From Eledone cirrhosa (taxonomy: Eukaryota): 64,000 nt of DNA. Position numbers and translations under genes: made by a program. This document shows, one piece after another, positions 39,243-53,311 of this stretch. Numbering within the stretch: the stretch's first letter is position 1; each line of letters opens with the position of its first letter. The DNA is taken from NCBI GenBank assembly GCA_964016885.1, contig OZ024756.1, positions 19,840,001-19,904,000 on the forward strand. The letters run 5' to 3'. The notes under the pieces are model-generated. The model saw only the letters and a program-made list of their open reading frames with translations, was not told the origin of the DNA and made no database searches.

Positions 39243-40634
39243 AGAGAAGCAATTAACACACAATGTCGAAGTTGGGTACTTATATTAACAGTTTCACTTT
39301 ACCCCGCACTGCCAGCGGTTTCAAGACGGAAACACATCAAAATCATCAGGTACACAGAAGAAAAAAACGTAAAGCAATATGAAGAATTTAGTTTGTGGCA
39401 ATGCTTCTAACGAAGAAAATGGACGAGACAAAATCACACAAATATCTTTTAACCTTTTCAGCTCTCAAACCGACTGTAGTTTCGCATGATTTAACTTAAG
39501 AGTACCACATAAAATTGCCGGTTCTTGCATCAGGAAAAAAAAATTCTGCTGATATGATGTTTGCGTGATGAACCGAACAAATTAGATAGACAGATCCGAA
39601 AGAGAGTGAAGTAAAATACATCCTCTCACCACCAATTCGTCGCTAGAAAGGCCAACAAAAGCCCTGGCGCTGCGGAGGTGGCAGCAAGCAGAAGTGACAA
39701 GCAAGAGTGGCGGACAGGAGAAGGGGGGAGAAAAGAAAAGAAGCAGCAAGAAGAGAAGAGTGGGGGAGAGAGAGAGAGAAAGAGAGAACGAAAGAAGGGA
39801 AAAAAGGATGAGGGAAAGAAATAGCCAACGAAACTCAGGCCATGAGTTCTCATTATTCTATGAAGGTGTGTGTATGTGTGTGTGTGGTGTGTGGTGGTGG
39901 TGTGTGTGTGTGTGTGTGTGAATGTGTCTATATATGTGTGCGGGTATATATGTATGTCTACATTTGTAAGGTGTACGTGCTAGTTCACGTTCTCTGGCCC
40001 ACACAAACCACGCGAGTCTAGCGGACCTAATGTGGTCTTTGTGGCATGATCGGGATTTGTGGTTGGATTTAGCTAACAGGGCGCTACTCCGGTGGCAGGT
40101 AAACATCAAGTCAGTTTTCCCATTGATGGATATCGTAGGCTGTTGCAGTATATGTAATCTCTAATCTCTCGCGTAAGCAGAGCTGATAGTTGCGGTTCTC
40201 GTTGCAATGTCTGGATGTTTGTCACGAAGCATTCATGTGGAACGGACGAGAACGGTAGTGACTTCCTTGTTTCTGCACCTAGACAACTGTACATTCATAT
40301 ATACGTCTTTATACTGAATCACACTGTGCTAGTTCTCTCACTAATGAAATGTTTCATCTCACATTGTTCGATCAAAGCAGACCTGTGTTTAAATAAACCT
40401 TATATAACCATATCCAGCTGCTATCAACAAAGAAAATCTACTTTAAAATTTCATCCCACCCACTAAATTATATGGTAAATTCCATCTTCCTCTCCCCCCT
40501 AGTCATAGCATCGCTTGTCCTCCAACTAAACGATAGTTATAATGTTTGTTTATTTTTTATATTATATCTCCACAGTGTACTGAAAACGTTTCAGAAGACG
40601 TCTGCGCCAAAGAAGTGCTTCAGTTTGTATCAAC

Positions 40635-40802
40635 ATGGGTATACGTAAATTAACCAGGATCATTTTCGTTTTCGTGTTATGTTTCTATGGCTGTATTTTC
40701 GTCAGTATTTTCAAAGCAATTCACCTACCAACGACCTTTCGACCGATTAAAAAACTATTTTTCAACGACCTCAAACAGTTCGGTTATGACCACCAAACCC
40801 AG
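40635..40802 (+). CDS. Galactose-3-O-sulfotransferase-family gene, first coding exon (cytoplasmic tail + signal anchor)
   Basis: MGIRKLTR followed by hydrophobic IIFVFVLCFYGCIFVSIF. Donor CAG|GT after 40802 is phase 0 and joins the 43367 exon in frame. A candidate upstream acceptor CCACAG ends at 40575. Confidence 0.75.
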
Positions 40803-41477
40803 GTACAACATATTTATATGGATTTTTTTTTACACGTTGACATCGATCAGTTGTTTGAGGGATAGAAAATGTAATCGATAAGATCGAACTTAATCATCAA
40901 ATAGCACTTAATACAGGGTGCCCCCCCCCCCCAAAAAAAAATGACCTTATTTCGTAGTCTAATAACTGTTTCTACTTTAGGCACAAGGCCAGCAATTACC
41001 CAGTGCATTACTGGTACTTTATTTTATCGACCCCGTAAGGATGAAAGGCAAAGTCAACCTCGGCGGGATTTGAACTCAGATCGTAAAGGGACGTAACTAT
41101 GCTGGAAAGCATGGTGTCTGACCCTCTACCGATACTGCCAATCCATTTGGCACAAGTCGATAACATTTACCCCAGTGCGTTACTGGTGCTTTATTTTATC
41201 GACCCCGTGAGGATGAAAGGCAAAGCTAACCCTGGCGGGATTTAAACTTAGAACGTAAAGAGATGTAACTCTATGCTGCAAAACATATTTCCGACGCTCT
41301 ACCGATTTTGCCAATCCACCGCCCTCACCCTGAGCAGATAAATTTTTCACATGTGGAGGAGTTATGATAAGGCTGAAACATGCGCGGAGTTGTCTCTCTG
41401 AAATTATCAAAATTACTTGAATGTATATTATGTTTTTTCTTCACCACAATTATTCAAATAAGATGTTTTTTATGCCC

Positions 41478-41640
41478 CCAAAACTGGTTGGACAATGTCA
41501 AAGAATGGACGCAAATGACGACACCAGATTTGTTGACGTCCGCCGTTGATAGACTATTTTGAGTGTGTGCTGCTTCTGCAGTAGGACCCCCCGCCACCCG
41601 ACAACTACAGAAGTCAAGGGACTGATGATAGCGATGATGC
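41478..41640 (+). mobile_element. RTE-like LINE 3' remnant (intronic)
   Basis: Translates as NWLDNVKEWTQMTTPDLLTSAVDR, with a GAT-rich tail. Confidence 0.55.
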
Positions 41641-43366
41641 CCACTGTATCATTAAATATGTTAACACCAACATTATTCCTGTTTAGTAAAGAGATTCCTT
41701 TGAATGCAACTTTTAACAACAGTAAATTTCCTTCTCAAATGTCAAACACTGATTACTTTACAGTCAATTTTCTTTAAAATCGATATTTCTTTTTTTAATT
41801 TTCAATTGAAATAATTGATTCATATATCTTTTTTTTTTCCCTTTATATATATAGTTTTGTTTCTGAGGTTGTTGCTAAGCTAATTGTGATTTTTAACTAT
41901 CAACTAGAAAGCGACATACTACTACAGCTCAGAATAAATTTTATCATTTGAAATATTCTTTTCTAGTTCAGATACAAAGCCAGTAATTTTCGAAGAAAAG
42001 AAAAGTTGAATAAATCGAATTCAATACATTTACAGTTGCTATATCTTATCGACTCCGTAAATATTTATTTTAGAGAGCATTAGAGTGTCAGGCACCATGC
42101 TTTACAGCACCGAGTTATGGCCCTTTACGTTCTGAGTTCAAATCCCGCTGAGGTTAACTTTGCCTTTCATCATTACGGGGTCGATAAAATAAAGTACCAG
42201 TAATGCACTGGGTGATTTGCTGGCCTTGTGCCAAAAGTAGAAACAATTATTATGTTGTGGGTTAACTTTGCCTTTCATCCTTACGGGGTCGATAAAATAA
42301 AGTACCAGTAATACACTGGGATAATTGCTGGCCTTGTGCCAAAAGTAGAAACAATTATTATGGTGTCGGTAAGGACGGTAGATTGGCAGAATCAGTAGAA
42401 TGTCGGACAATTATATTTGCGGCATAGAGTTACGTATTTTTTACGTCCTGAGTTCAAATCCTACCGAGGTTAGCTTTGCATTTCATACTTACGTGGTCGA
42501 TAAATCAACGTACCAGTAATGCTCTGAGGTCGATTTAATCGACTTCCCCTTCTCCCAAAATTGTTGGCCTAAATCAGAAACCATTATTTCAGTTGGATTG
42601 GCAGTATCGGTAGAGGGTCGGACGCCATGCTTTCCAGCATAGTTACTTCCCTTTACGATCTGAGTTCAAATCCCGCCGAGGTTGACTTTGCCTTTCATCC
42701 TTGCAGGGTCGATAAAATAAAGTACCAGTAATGAACTGGGTAATTGCTGGCCTTGTGCCTAAAGTAGAAACAATTATTTCAGTGTTACTAAGCACCGTGG
42801 ATTGGCAGTATCGTTTGACCATCGGACAGTACAGTTAGACCATTTACGTTCTGTGTGCTTTTGTTAGATGTATATTGGCGAAAAATGAACACAGCGGTGA
42901 GAAAAACAATCGATGAATAGTGTGTTTAAACAAAATTGAATTTGGTGAGCATATATGCCGTTTGAATTATACCGACATTCTATTATGACTCTCTTCTGCA
43001 GGAAACCAGCGAGTAACCCGTTTAAAACCCATAATACCCAGTACAAAGCACCCCCCCACATTCGCGGAATTTTCCTTAGAAACTAACTAATAATTGTTCC
43101 TGGAAACCACTGCATATTCGCGGAATCGTAAATATCTTCCGCGATCTTTTAATGGCTTTTTTTCGTGGCAATATATATATTTTTAACGTCAAATTATTAA
43201 TAACAATATACCGTGTCTGCCGGCCTATTTTACACCCTTTCACATAAGACGCTCCCTCCTTTTTTAAATTATATTCTATGTTATATTTTCTTTCAATAAT
43301 AAATATCTAAATTTAAATTTTCCTTCTATCGGTAATACTAAATCATCGGTTTTTTCCTTATTTTAG

Positions 43367-44524
43367 AGAGAAATTAAACAAATATCTTCAAAGCCGTCAA
43401 ACGTCTTTGGTTCCGACCCGTGTAAAGAAAAACAAAATTTGGTGTTTATAAAATGCATGAAATGTGCGACCGAATCAATGGGTACAGTGATACGACGATT
43501 TGGTTTCACCAGGAATTTATCTTTTGTACTTCCGGTTGGGAAGCATATTTATCTTGGTTGGCCGTACTTGATGGAAAAAGAAGATTATCGGCCACCCCGT
43601 CGAGGCAGCTCTTGCCCAAACTGCAGCACTGGCTACAACATTCTGATGGAGCATGCAATCTATAACCGTACTATTATGTCACGCTTAATGCCCACAAACA
43701 CAATGTATATCTCCATTATCAGAGAACCGTATGCCCACTTCTTATCAACTTTCTATTATTTTGGAATAAAAGGATTCGTACCTTTCAAAGGGACAAATTA
43801 TATTTCCGAATATTTGAAAAACTATCACAAATATGAAGCTATTTATAAAAGTAAAACATTTAGAGAACATAACTGTATTCCTAGTAATTTTTCAATTACT
43901 CAAAATCTTATGTCCCACTGTTTAGGTATGCCTCTTGGTTTCCCGCCGAGCAGGAAATCGTTTGCATCTTATTCACCCCAAAAAATCATGCGTTACTTAC
44001 AAGAACTTGACAGAGATTTTTATCTTGTATTACTTGTCGAATATTTCGATACATCTCTTGTTTTACTACGCCGTTTAATGTGCTGGGAAATGAAAGACAT
44101 AATCTACCACAAATCCAATGAAGGTAACTACGAAGAGCCCAATGGTTCAAACAACCGACAAATGAAACAAAACAGGAAACTTCATATGAAATACAGTCAG
44201 ATAGACTATCTTTTATACGAGCATTTCAACCGAACTTTCTGGAAAAAAGTTCAGCAACAAACGTCGGACTTTTTCGATGAAGTAAAGTGCTTCAAAAAAA
44301 TTCAGGCTGATGTGGCAGAATTTTGTCAACTGCTTTTTATGAAAAAATCTCCGGAAAACTTCATTACTATAAAACAGTCTCCATGGAACAATGCTTTTAA
44401 CTTCACTAAAGATGACTGTATTCTAATGTATAGATATCTACTGGTATCTATTACTAAACGTTACGATAAAGAAATGGGTGCATTAGGGGTTTCAAAAGAA
44501 AACCGTAACAGAAGTACTTGCTGA
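43367..44524 (+). CDS. Galactose-3-O-sulfotransferase-family (GAL3ST-like) catalytic exon; spliced protein ~441 aa
   Basis: Polypyrimidine tract and TTTTAG acceptor ending 43366. Motifs NLVFIKCMKCATES (5'-PSB), IIREPYAHFLSTFYYF (3'-PB), EYFDTSLVLLRRLMCW and DYLLYEHFNRTFWKK are typical of GAL3ST. Confidence 0.9.
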   Translation, partial: REIKQISSKPSNVFGSDPCKEKQNLVFIKCMKCATESMGTVIRRFGFTRNLSFVLPVGKHIYLGWPYLMEKEDYRPPRRGSSCPNCSTGYNILMEHAIYNRTIMSRLMPTNTMYISIIREPYAHFLSTFYYFGIKGFVPFKGTNYISEYLKNYHKYEAIYKSKTFREHNCIPSNFSITQNLMSHCLGMPLGFPPSRKSFASYSPQKIMRYLQELDRDFYLVLLVEYFDTSLVLLRRLMCWEMKDIIYHKSNEGNYEEPNGSNNRQMKQNRKLHMKYSQIDYLLYEHFNRTFWKKVQQQTSDFFDEVKCFKKIQADVAEFCQLLFMKKSPENFITIKQSPWNNAFNFTKDDCILMYRYLLVSITKRYDKEMGALGVSKENRNRSTC

Positions 44525-45097
44525 TGACGGATAGGTGTTGCTGGTTGAACTCTGTGGTTCTCTGACATTACTATGTGCTAATCGAAGGCTGCCGAGTACA
44601 AAAAAAAACCCACTAAACAAAAGCAAAATAAACAACAAAATAAAAAAAATGAGACTTAACTAATACCGGTGTCTTAAAGATTTAATAACTTAAATGACGT
44701 TTTTATTTATTTACTTATTTATCTATTTATTTATTTATTTATTTACCCGCTTAGCATTTACATTACTTTATATTTACTGTTGTATTTTTATGGTAAGATC
44801 TTTATCTCACATAATATCCAATCTATGAAATGTTGATATTATTTATTTTAAGAATAATAACTTAAGATCAGTATGTCACGCTTAATGCCCACAAACACAA
44901 TGTATATCTCTGGTTTGAACAGAAAGAGGTGAGAGAACTCTGATTGGATACGGTGGGTCTAAATGCTAAAGAGTTAAAATTATACTGTGTGCCTTTGTTA
45001 GATGGTGAGCATATATGCCGTTTGAATTATACAGACATTCCATTATGACTCCTTCTGCAGGAAACCAGCGAGTAACCCGTTTAAAACCTATAATACC

Positions 45098-45451
45098 CAG
45101 TATAGGGCACCCCCAACATTCGCGGAATTTTCCTTAGAAACTAACTAATAATTGTTCCTGGAAACTACTGCATATTCGCGGAATCGTAAATATCTTCGCG
45201 ATTTCTTAATGGCTTTTTTTCGTGGCAATATATATATATTTTTAACGCCAAATTATTAATAACAATAAACCGTGTTCGCCGGTCTATTGGACACCACTTC
45301 GTATAAGACGCTCTCTCCTTTTTTTAATTATATTTTATGTTATATTTTGACGTTTATAGCCAATTTTATGGACCACGTCCAATATTCGCGGGTTTTCACT
45401 CTTCGCGGGTGCTCAAAGAATAACCCCCGCGAATAACGGGGGACAACTGTA
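45098..45451. mobile_element. Tigger/pogo-like MITE; partial copy at ~43039-43290
   Basis: Imperfect TIRs CACCCCCAACATTCGCGG / CCGCGAATAACGGGGGACAACTGTA. Confidence 0.55.
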
Positions 45452-45631
45452 TATACATCAATTATATGACCGTCTCATCATAACTTTATTGATCTCCAAT
45501 ACATCTAAATTCCATATTTTTGTTTTGATTTTATTGTCCTATTTCTGTTCCACTCCAACATTACAGCCCCACCTGTAAATCAACGTGTAACAACACTCAC
45601 ACCCCACCCATTTTTATATATGTATATATAT

Positions 45632-45875
45632 ACTAGACCACCCGTGACCCGTTGGGTCACGTTCACTTCAAAATAATTTTAAAAATCATGTTAACTTTAA
45701 AATAATTTTTAAATAATTAAAATATACACAACACCACCAGCTCTCTCTCTCCCTCTCCCACTGGGCCTCCCTTTCAATCTACTCTCTCCCAACCACTATC
45801 TCTTTCTCTCTCTCTCTCTCTCTCTGTTTACGAAGGTACCCATATCTCGGGAGCACATGCTCCGATTTACACGAT
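45632..45875 (-). mobile_element. Probable non-autonomous Helitron 3' end
   Basis: Minus strand ends with the hairpin CGTGACCC AAC GGGTCACG followed by GGTGGTCTAG|T. Confidence 0.55.
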
Positions 45876-45900
45876 ATATATATACATACATATATATATG

Positions 45901-45943
<43 letters not shown>

Positions 45944-46217
45944 ATTGCTATAACAGTCCGGGTACCGTATGTTCTTACCCCCACGAAGTCGGTTCCCTCA
46001 CTGTTTAACGAAAGTGTACACTCTGGCCAGTTGGGTTCGAATTTTAATAATACGAAGTTAGTTGACCATTGAGTGAGGGATGAAAAAATGGTGGTTAGTT
46101 AAACCAACTGGAAAATTGTAATAAATTGAAGTGAAAACCAACATGTGTGTGTGTGTGTGTGTATATATATATCAATGATATTAATAAATGGAAACTATAT
46201 TTATAAAACCATACTTA

Positions 46218-46277
46218 TTTTATTATATATATTTCAAGGGTACCAAAAACTTTGGTACGCTCTCATCAGATAAAATA
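46218..46277 (-). ncRNA. Family A hammerhead motif in fold-back element 46168-46463
   Basis: Minus strand reads ATTTTAT CTGATGA GAG C GTACCAAA GTT TTTGGTAC C CTT GAAA TATATA TA ATAAAAT. Confidence 0.82.
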
Positions 46278-46560
46278 CAAAATTTGTTTTATAAATAGTG
46301 ACATACCCCAGAATCCAGACCTTATCGGTTCTGGTTCCGTTTGGATAGTCCAAACGGAACCTGAACCGATAAGGTACCAAAGTTTTTGGTACCCTTGAAA
46401 TATATATAATAAAATAAATATGGTTTTATAAATATAGTCTTCATTTATTAATATCATTGATATTATACTCCAGGAAACATGTCGAGTGCTTCGAAACTGT
46501 TATAAATAAATTTGTTGAATTACCAACAAATTTAATATCTCTTTGCTTATATATATACGA

Positions 46561-46616
<56 letters not shown>

Positions 46617-46724
46617 AATTAGTATATCTACCAACATATGTATACAGATGTATACCTATGCTAGCAAATATATATGTTATGTCTTAGTAACTTTGTGGTT
46701 CTATGCAAGGGGATGCAGAACAAT

Positions 46725-46821
46725 TATATGAAAGACGTAAAATAAGAAAATTATTAAAATTAATTTACTTACTAAAATTTTAGTAAGTAAGTTAATTTTA
46801 ATAATTTTCTTATTTTACGTC

Positions 46822-46830
<9 letters not shown>
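46725..46830. repeat. Near-perfect hairpin beside (TA)n; one arm recurs at ~60303-60362
   Basis: ATATGAAAGACGTAAAATAAG...TACTAAAA / TTTTAGTA...CTTATTTTACGTCTTTCATAT. Confidence 0.85.
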
Positions 46831-46908
<78 letters not shown>

Positions 46909-47342
46909 CACATACACCAATTAAACAAAGTCACAGATATATATATGTATTTTGGCAACCATTCACGATGTGGTTCAATGAAGAATTAATAAATTAAATA
47001 ATCAGAGCAAAATACTATAAAGTAAAGCATGGATTTGCTTTACTTTATAGTATATATGTATATACTTTATAGTATATATATATATATAATAAACAACACA
47101 ATATAATTATTCCATTACGAAAGGTTTCGAGAAACTTGCACAAACGTCTAGCCCGTTCGTCAGACAAAATAATTATGTTTTTGTCTGACGAACGAGCTGA
47201 ACGTTTCTGTAAGAAACGTCTACTTTCTTGTAACCTTCGGTAATGAAATAATTATATTGCGTTGTTTATTATGTAATTAAATAGCTCTGTACTATAGATA
47301 GAGCACTCTTCTTTCCTTTACCTTTTCTACGGAAATACTTAA

Positions 47343-47401
<59 letters not shown>

Positions 47402-47529
47402 GAAAAGAGTCAGGACCCCGACGGCTAAGCTCCGGTCGTTTCGACAGCTAGATCCATATTACCCACTACAACCCTAAGTATTGAGTACTTTGGTGCGTTA
47501 TGGTCCACCTGGTTCCTTACCACACCTTT

Positions 47530-47579
<50 letters not shown>

Positions 47580-47798
47580 TATTCAAAATGTTAACAAATG
47601 AAAAATATTCTCATAATCAAAATATATACTTTATTATACATATTTCAGAAAGTTTATATTTTGATTATGAGAATATTTTTCATTTGTTAACATTTTGAAT
47701 AATATTAAAAACTCCAGGAAAATCCACTGTTGAGTGCTTCTAATCTATTGTAAAATTGTATTCGTTGAGTAATCAACGAACCATTCTAATCTTTGGTT

Positions 47799-47857
<59 letters not shown>

Positions 47858-47859
47858 AC

Positions 47860-47919
<60 letters not shown>

Positions 47920-48956
47920 GTAGGCGGATGTGCATAAGTACAAACTCCTTTGCCCTCTGATAACAAACCAACAAAGGAGATATGCAGAAAAGTTCTCCAA
48001 TCTTAATAAAATGCTCAAATATTTGTATTATTGTCTTTCTACTTGCCTGCATGCCCCCACCCCAAGAAAAAAAAAACAAAAAACAAAACCACACACTCTC
48101 CATCACTATCGCACAAAAACAACAAATATATGTTGGCTATATAATTAGATATGAATTTAGACTCGCCCAACTAGGTGAGTAAATGAGACAGGTGAAAACG
48201 AAGCAAATAATTGTTTTCTACAGTCTACAAGAAGAAGAACAACAACAAAAAATAAATACAGATACTAAAATAAAATCAATAACAACAACAACAAAATAAA
48301 TACAGATATCAAAATAATTAAAAAAATCAACAACAACAAAAAAAATAAATACAGAAACGAATAACAACAATAAAATAAAATAAAATAAAATCAATAACAA
48401 CAACAAAAAAATACAGCTACCAAAATAACAACTAAAAAAAATCAACAAAAACAAATAATAAATAAATAGAGATATTAAAAATGATAAAAAAAAATCAACA
48501 AAAACAAAAAATAAATAAATACAGATATTAAAATAATGAAAATAATAAAAAATAAAGAATAGATACGAAACTAAGCAAAACGCCGAACAAAACAAAATAG
48601 AAAAAGACAAATACATGATGAAAAAAATGAAGAAAATAAAGACCCAATTCTGATATATATCATCCAAGAGAGAAGTTGTGTTCAATTGAAAAGGTGGTAA
48701 TGCATTAAGTGGATATATTAGCTAATATCGTCTGCTTGTTTACATTTCTCATATTGGTATCTTAATGTAGTAAGAACAAGGATTATAGCACTAAAACACT
48801 TTACTACTGATCAAATACTGGACATTTCTCTTGTTTATTTCTTCATTAATGGGTTTCCTCTTTATACACATATACATACCTATATATACACATAAATACA
48901 CACATATATACATATATATATATATACACATACATATATATATATACATACATATT

Positions 48957-49046
<90 letters not shown>

Positions 49047-49096
49047 CATATATATATACATATATATATACATATATATATACATATATATATACA

Positions 49097-49134
<38 letters not shown>

Positions 49135-49526
49135 CATATATACATATACATACATATATATATACATATATATATACATACATATATATATATATATACA
49201 TATATATACATATACATATATATACATATATATACATACATATATATACATATATATATATAGTACTTAACGTTGTTCGACTATGCGGGCGTGATCATGT
49301 GTTCCATGAAAGGGTTTTGTTGGTTTATGATGCCCACACGTCTTGGCCGAATCTAGGGACAGTTTCTCCAACTCCCCAGAGAGTTTATTTCGAGAGTGGA
49401 GTCGTTATTGAGGCGAGGAGAGAAAACCAATCGTTGTAATTAACGGCGAACAACCTCAGGTAGGGAACTTGAACTTGGACACGATAGAGCAACTGGTTAG
49501 TTAACCGTTTACCTGATGTGTGTGTG

Positions 49527-49598
<72 letters not shown>

Positions 49599-49789
49599 CT
49601 GTATGTGTGTGTGTCTGCGTACGTGTGCGTGTGTCTGCGTGTGTGCGTCTGTGTGTGTCTGTGAATGTCTGTGCGTGTCTGCGTGTGTGTGTGTGTGTGG
49701 TCGAGTGAATTGCGAAGAGACTACCGTAACAACAACAACAACAACAACAACAATATTAAGATGAGCTGAAATGAATGAAGATATGTAGA

Positions 49790-50470
49790 TTGTGGACATA
49801 CGCCTGTGGACATACGGTGTAATCATACGTTGTGGACAGACACTGTGGACAGACACTGTGGACAGACACTGTGGACAGACACTGTGGACAGACACTGTGG
49901 AAATATACTGTGGACATATATTGTGGATATACTCTGTGGAAATATACTGCGGACATACTCTGTGGGAATATACTGCGGACATACGTTGCGGACATACACT
50001 GTGAGAATATACTGTGGACATACGTTGTGGACATACACTGTGGAAATATACTGCGGACATACGTTCTGGACATACACTGTGAGATATACTGCGGACACAC
50101 TTTGTGGGAATATACTGCGGACATACGTTGCGGACATAGACTGTGGAAATATACTGCGGACATAGGTTGCGGACATACACTGTGGAAATATACTGCGGAC
50201 ATACGTTGTGGACATACACTGTGAGAATATACTGCGGACATACTTTGTGGGAATAGACTGCGGACATACGTTGCGGACATATACTGTGGAAATATACTGC
50301 GGACATACGTTGTGGACATACACTGTGGGAATATACTGCGGACATATCCTGTGGGAATATACTGCGGACATACGTTGCGGACATACACTGTGGAAAAATA
50401 CTGCGGACATGCGTTGTGGACATACACTGTCGGAATATACTGCGGACATACGTTGTGGACATACGGTGTG
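49790..50470. repeat. Minisatellite built on GGACATAC/ACTGTGG motifs
   Basis: Repeats of ATATACTGCGGACATACGTTG(T/C)GGACATACACTGTGG. Confidence 0.9.
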
Positions 50471-50670
50471 AGGAATATACTCTCGACATGCAATGGTGGA
50501 TATGTGATGATGGATACATTGTTAAAAATATATTGTGTGCAATGGCGGACCGTGCAATGGCGGACGATATAACCGCAGATATTTATAACGATGGAGATAA
50601 AATAGTGGACCAGTAAAAGAAGATATTGATAGCTCTGCATATGTAACTATGGACATGTAACATTCTCTCT

Positions 50671-50736
<66 letters not shown>

Positions 50737-50765
50737 AACACACACAAGATATATATATATATGTT

Positions 50766-50797
<32 letters not shown>

Positions 50798-50823
50798 ATA
50801 TATATAAACAATCAAACACAGAG

Positions 50824-50870
<47 letters not shown>

Positions 50871-52526
50871 CACACACTCATATATACATAATATATATAC
50901 ATAATATATATACATACATACATACACACACATATACATTCATTTAGAAATACACACATGCACAGTCTCTCTTACAACACATACACACACACACACAGTG
51001 GTATTTTTTCCATTTTCCCATATGTGGTTAATATTTATCTATACATGTAGGTTTACAAACACGAAGAAAATTACTTAATACCAAAGTATAGAGTAATAAT
51101 TGTTTCTACTTTAGGCACAAGGCCAGCAAATACCCAGTGCATTACTGGTACTTTATTTGATCGACCCCGTAAGGATGAAAGGCAAAGTCAACCTCGGTGG
51201 GATTTGAACTCAGATCGTAAAGAGATGTGTTCATTGCATTACTGGGATTACTTTCTGTTGTTACTCTGAGTTTCGCGAATTTCCGATGATCACGTAACTG
51301 GGAATTATGTTTTATATGACAAAGTGTGGCTAATTTAATGATAAACAGCGTTTCTAAGGCATATTTCAAAACGGAGCGGAGCCCATCTCCTCTCCAGCAG
51401 ATTTTTCCAGAAAAGGATAGAGAGAGTGAGGGAATGGAAATGAGAAAGAGATATAGAGGAAGAACCGACCCAGTACTTTATTAGGAATTTTGTTCAATTC
51501 TTTTGACGGCCAACAAATGCAATGCACAAATGCAGACATGTTCGCAATGAAACCTTTCAGCATATTAGGTTGTTTCACATTTATAATAACTCCAATATCG
51601 ATTGACACCGACATAATTTGACTGGAAACCTTAGTTTGGTAAAGTGTGAAAATATTATAGATAAATAGACATAACTGTATCAGTTTGGTATTGATAGCAA
51701 GGACTACTGGATAAGTGATTTCATTTTAAGATATATATTGAATGCACGTATGGTCCTGTAACGTTTGAGGCTGTCGTAGGGGGTGTCGTATTGATACACA
51801 TCGTTTCTAAGGCATATTTTAAAACCCAGCGGAGCCCATCTCCTCTCCAGGTCTGAATGCAGCGGATATTTTCCAGTAAAGGATAGAGAGAATGATGGAA
51901 TGGAAATGAGAAAGATATCTAGAGGAAAAGTCCACCCTAGTACTTAACTGGTACTTTTATTTATCAACCTCGAATAGATGAAAGGTAAAGTTGATTTCGG
52001 TGAGTTTTGAAATCAGAGAGAAGAGAATCGAAACGAATACCGCAAAGAACTCTATTCGCCGCCCTAAAGATTCTGCCAATTCGCTGCCTTTGAGATAAGC
52101 GTTAAGTATTGCAATAAATCTAAAATATATTTGAAATTGGTTCTTTTTTCTTTCCTTTTAGGAAAACTTGGAAGATTTTTATATAATGCATTTGATTTAG
52201 AATAGTAAATTTAATTCGTTTCCTAAATGAAATTTCCTCTATTATAACTGAGTTTGAACTCAAAGAGCAGAGAGTCTGAGCCAATACCACAAAGCATTCT
52301 GTCTGACGTTCTAACGATTCTACCAATTCGCCGCCTTTTAAGATATACACAGACGTATAACCAACTCCATTGATCCTGCTCTGACAATTTCTTCCTCCAC
52401 CTGTCCACCCCTTTCTTCCTCCACTCCTTTCTTCTCTATGTGACACCGTCATAGGACAGTCCTACATCCGACAAATTGTTCCGCCTTTTCCTTGCTTTAT
52501 CTTCCCCTCCCCCTCTCTCTGTATAT

Positions 52527-52716
52527 AATTGTTTCTACTTTTGGCACAAGGCCAGTAATTACCCAGTACATTACTGGTACTTTATTTTATCGACCCCGTA
52601 AAGGATGAAAGGCAACGTTAACCTTGGAGGGATTTGAACTCAGTCCGTAAAGGGACGTAACTCTATGGTAGAAAGCATGGCGTCCGACCCTCTACTGATA
52701 CTGCCAATCCACTGCC
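52527..52716 (-). mobile_element. Full-length Meta-like SINE with TSD
   Basis: CTCTCTGTATATAAT is duplicated on both sides. Confidence 0.8.
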
Positions 52717-52873
52717 CTCTCTGTATATAATGAAACCAGGTTATTATGTAAGCTATAGCAGGCGGCTGACATCGTCATAGGACAGTCCTTCATCCGACAA
52801 ATTGTCACAAAATTTCAAACATTACATTTCTTTGTTATTTCGCCATTACTTGGCTTTAACTTCACCCTCTCTC

Positions 52874-52929
<56 letters not shown>

Positions 52930-53087
52930 TTCTCTCTCTCTCTTTCTCCCTCTCTCTCTCTTCTCTTCTCACTCTCTTTCTCTCTCACTCTCTCTCTCTC
53001 TCTCTCTCCCTCTTCCCTCCTTTCTCTCTGTATGTATTGAAACCGCTTTATTATGTAATCTATAGTAGGCAGCTGCTGTCGAGGTGA

Positions 53088-53143
<56 letters not shown>

Positions 53144-53261
53144 GCTTCCGATGAGAAGCCAGTATTGAAACGGCGACTACACTATGCAGTGTTGGTCATA
53201 ACTGGACCCCCAACTCTGAGGTGGCGCATGCATGTTAAGTGTAAGAATTCTTTTTATTATA

Positions 53262-53311
<50 letters not shown>

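Noticed and set aside
39600-40300. CpG-richer segment as promoter or non-coding first exon of the sulfotransferase
   Set aside because: The position is plausible, but no boundaries can be supported from sequence alone.
47088-47272. Inverted repeat with CTGACGA cores; also CCGATGAG...GAAAC at ~53148 and CTGATGA on the minus strand at ~60435
   Set aside because: Stem II/GAAA geometry or the core is not canonical. These are probably decayed relatives and are not called as ribozymes.
48218-48685. 155-aa hydrophobic ORF on the minus strand
   Set aside because: It is the translation of an A-rich low-complexity tract, not a membrane protein.
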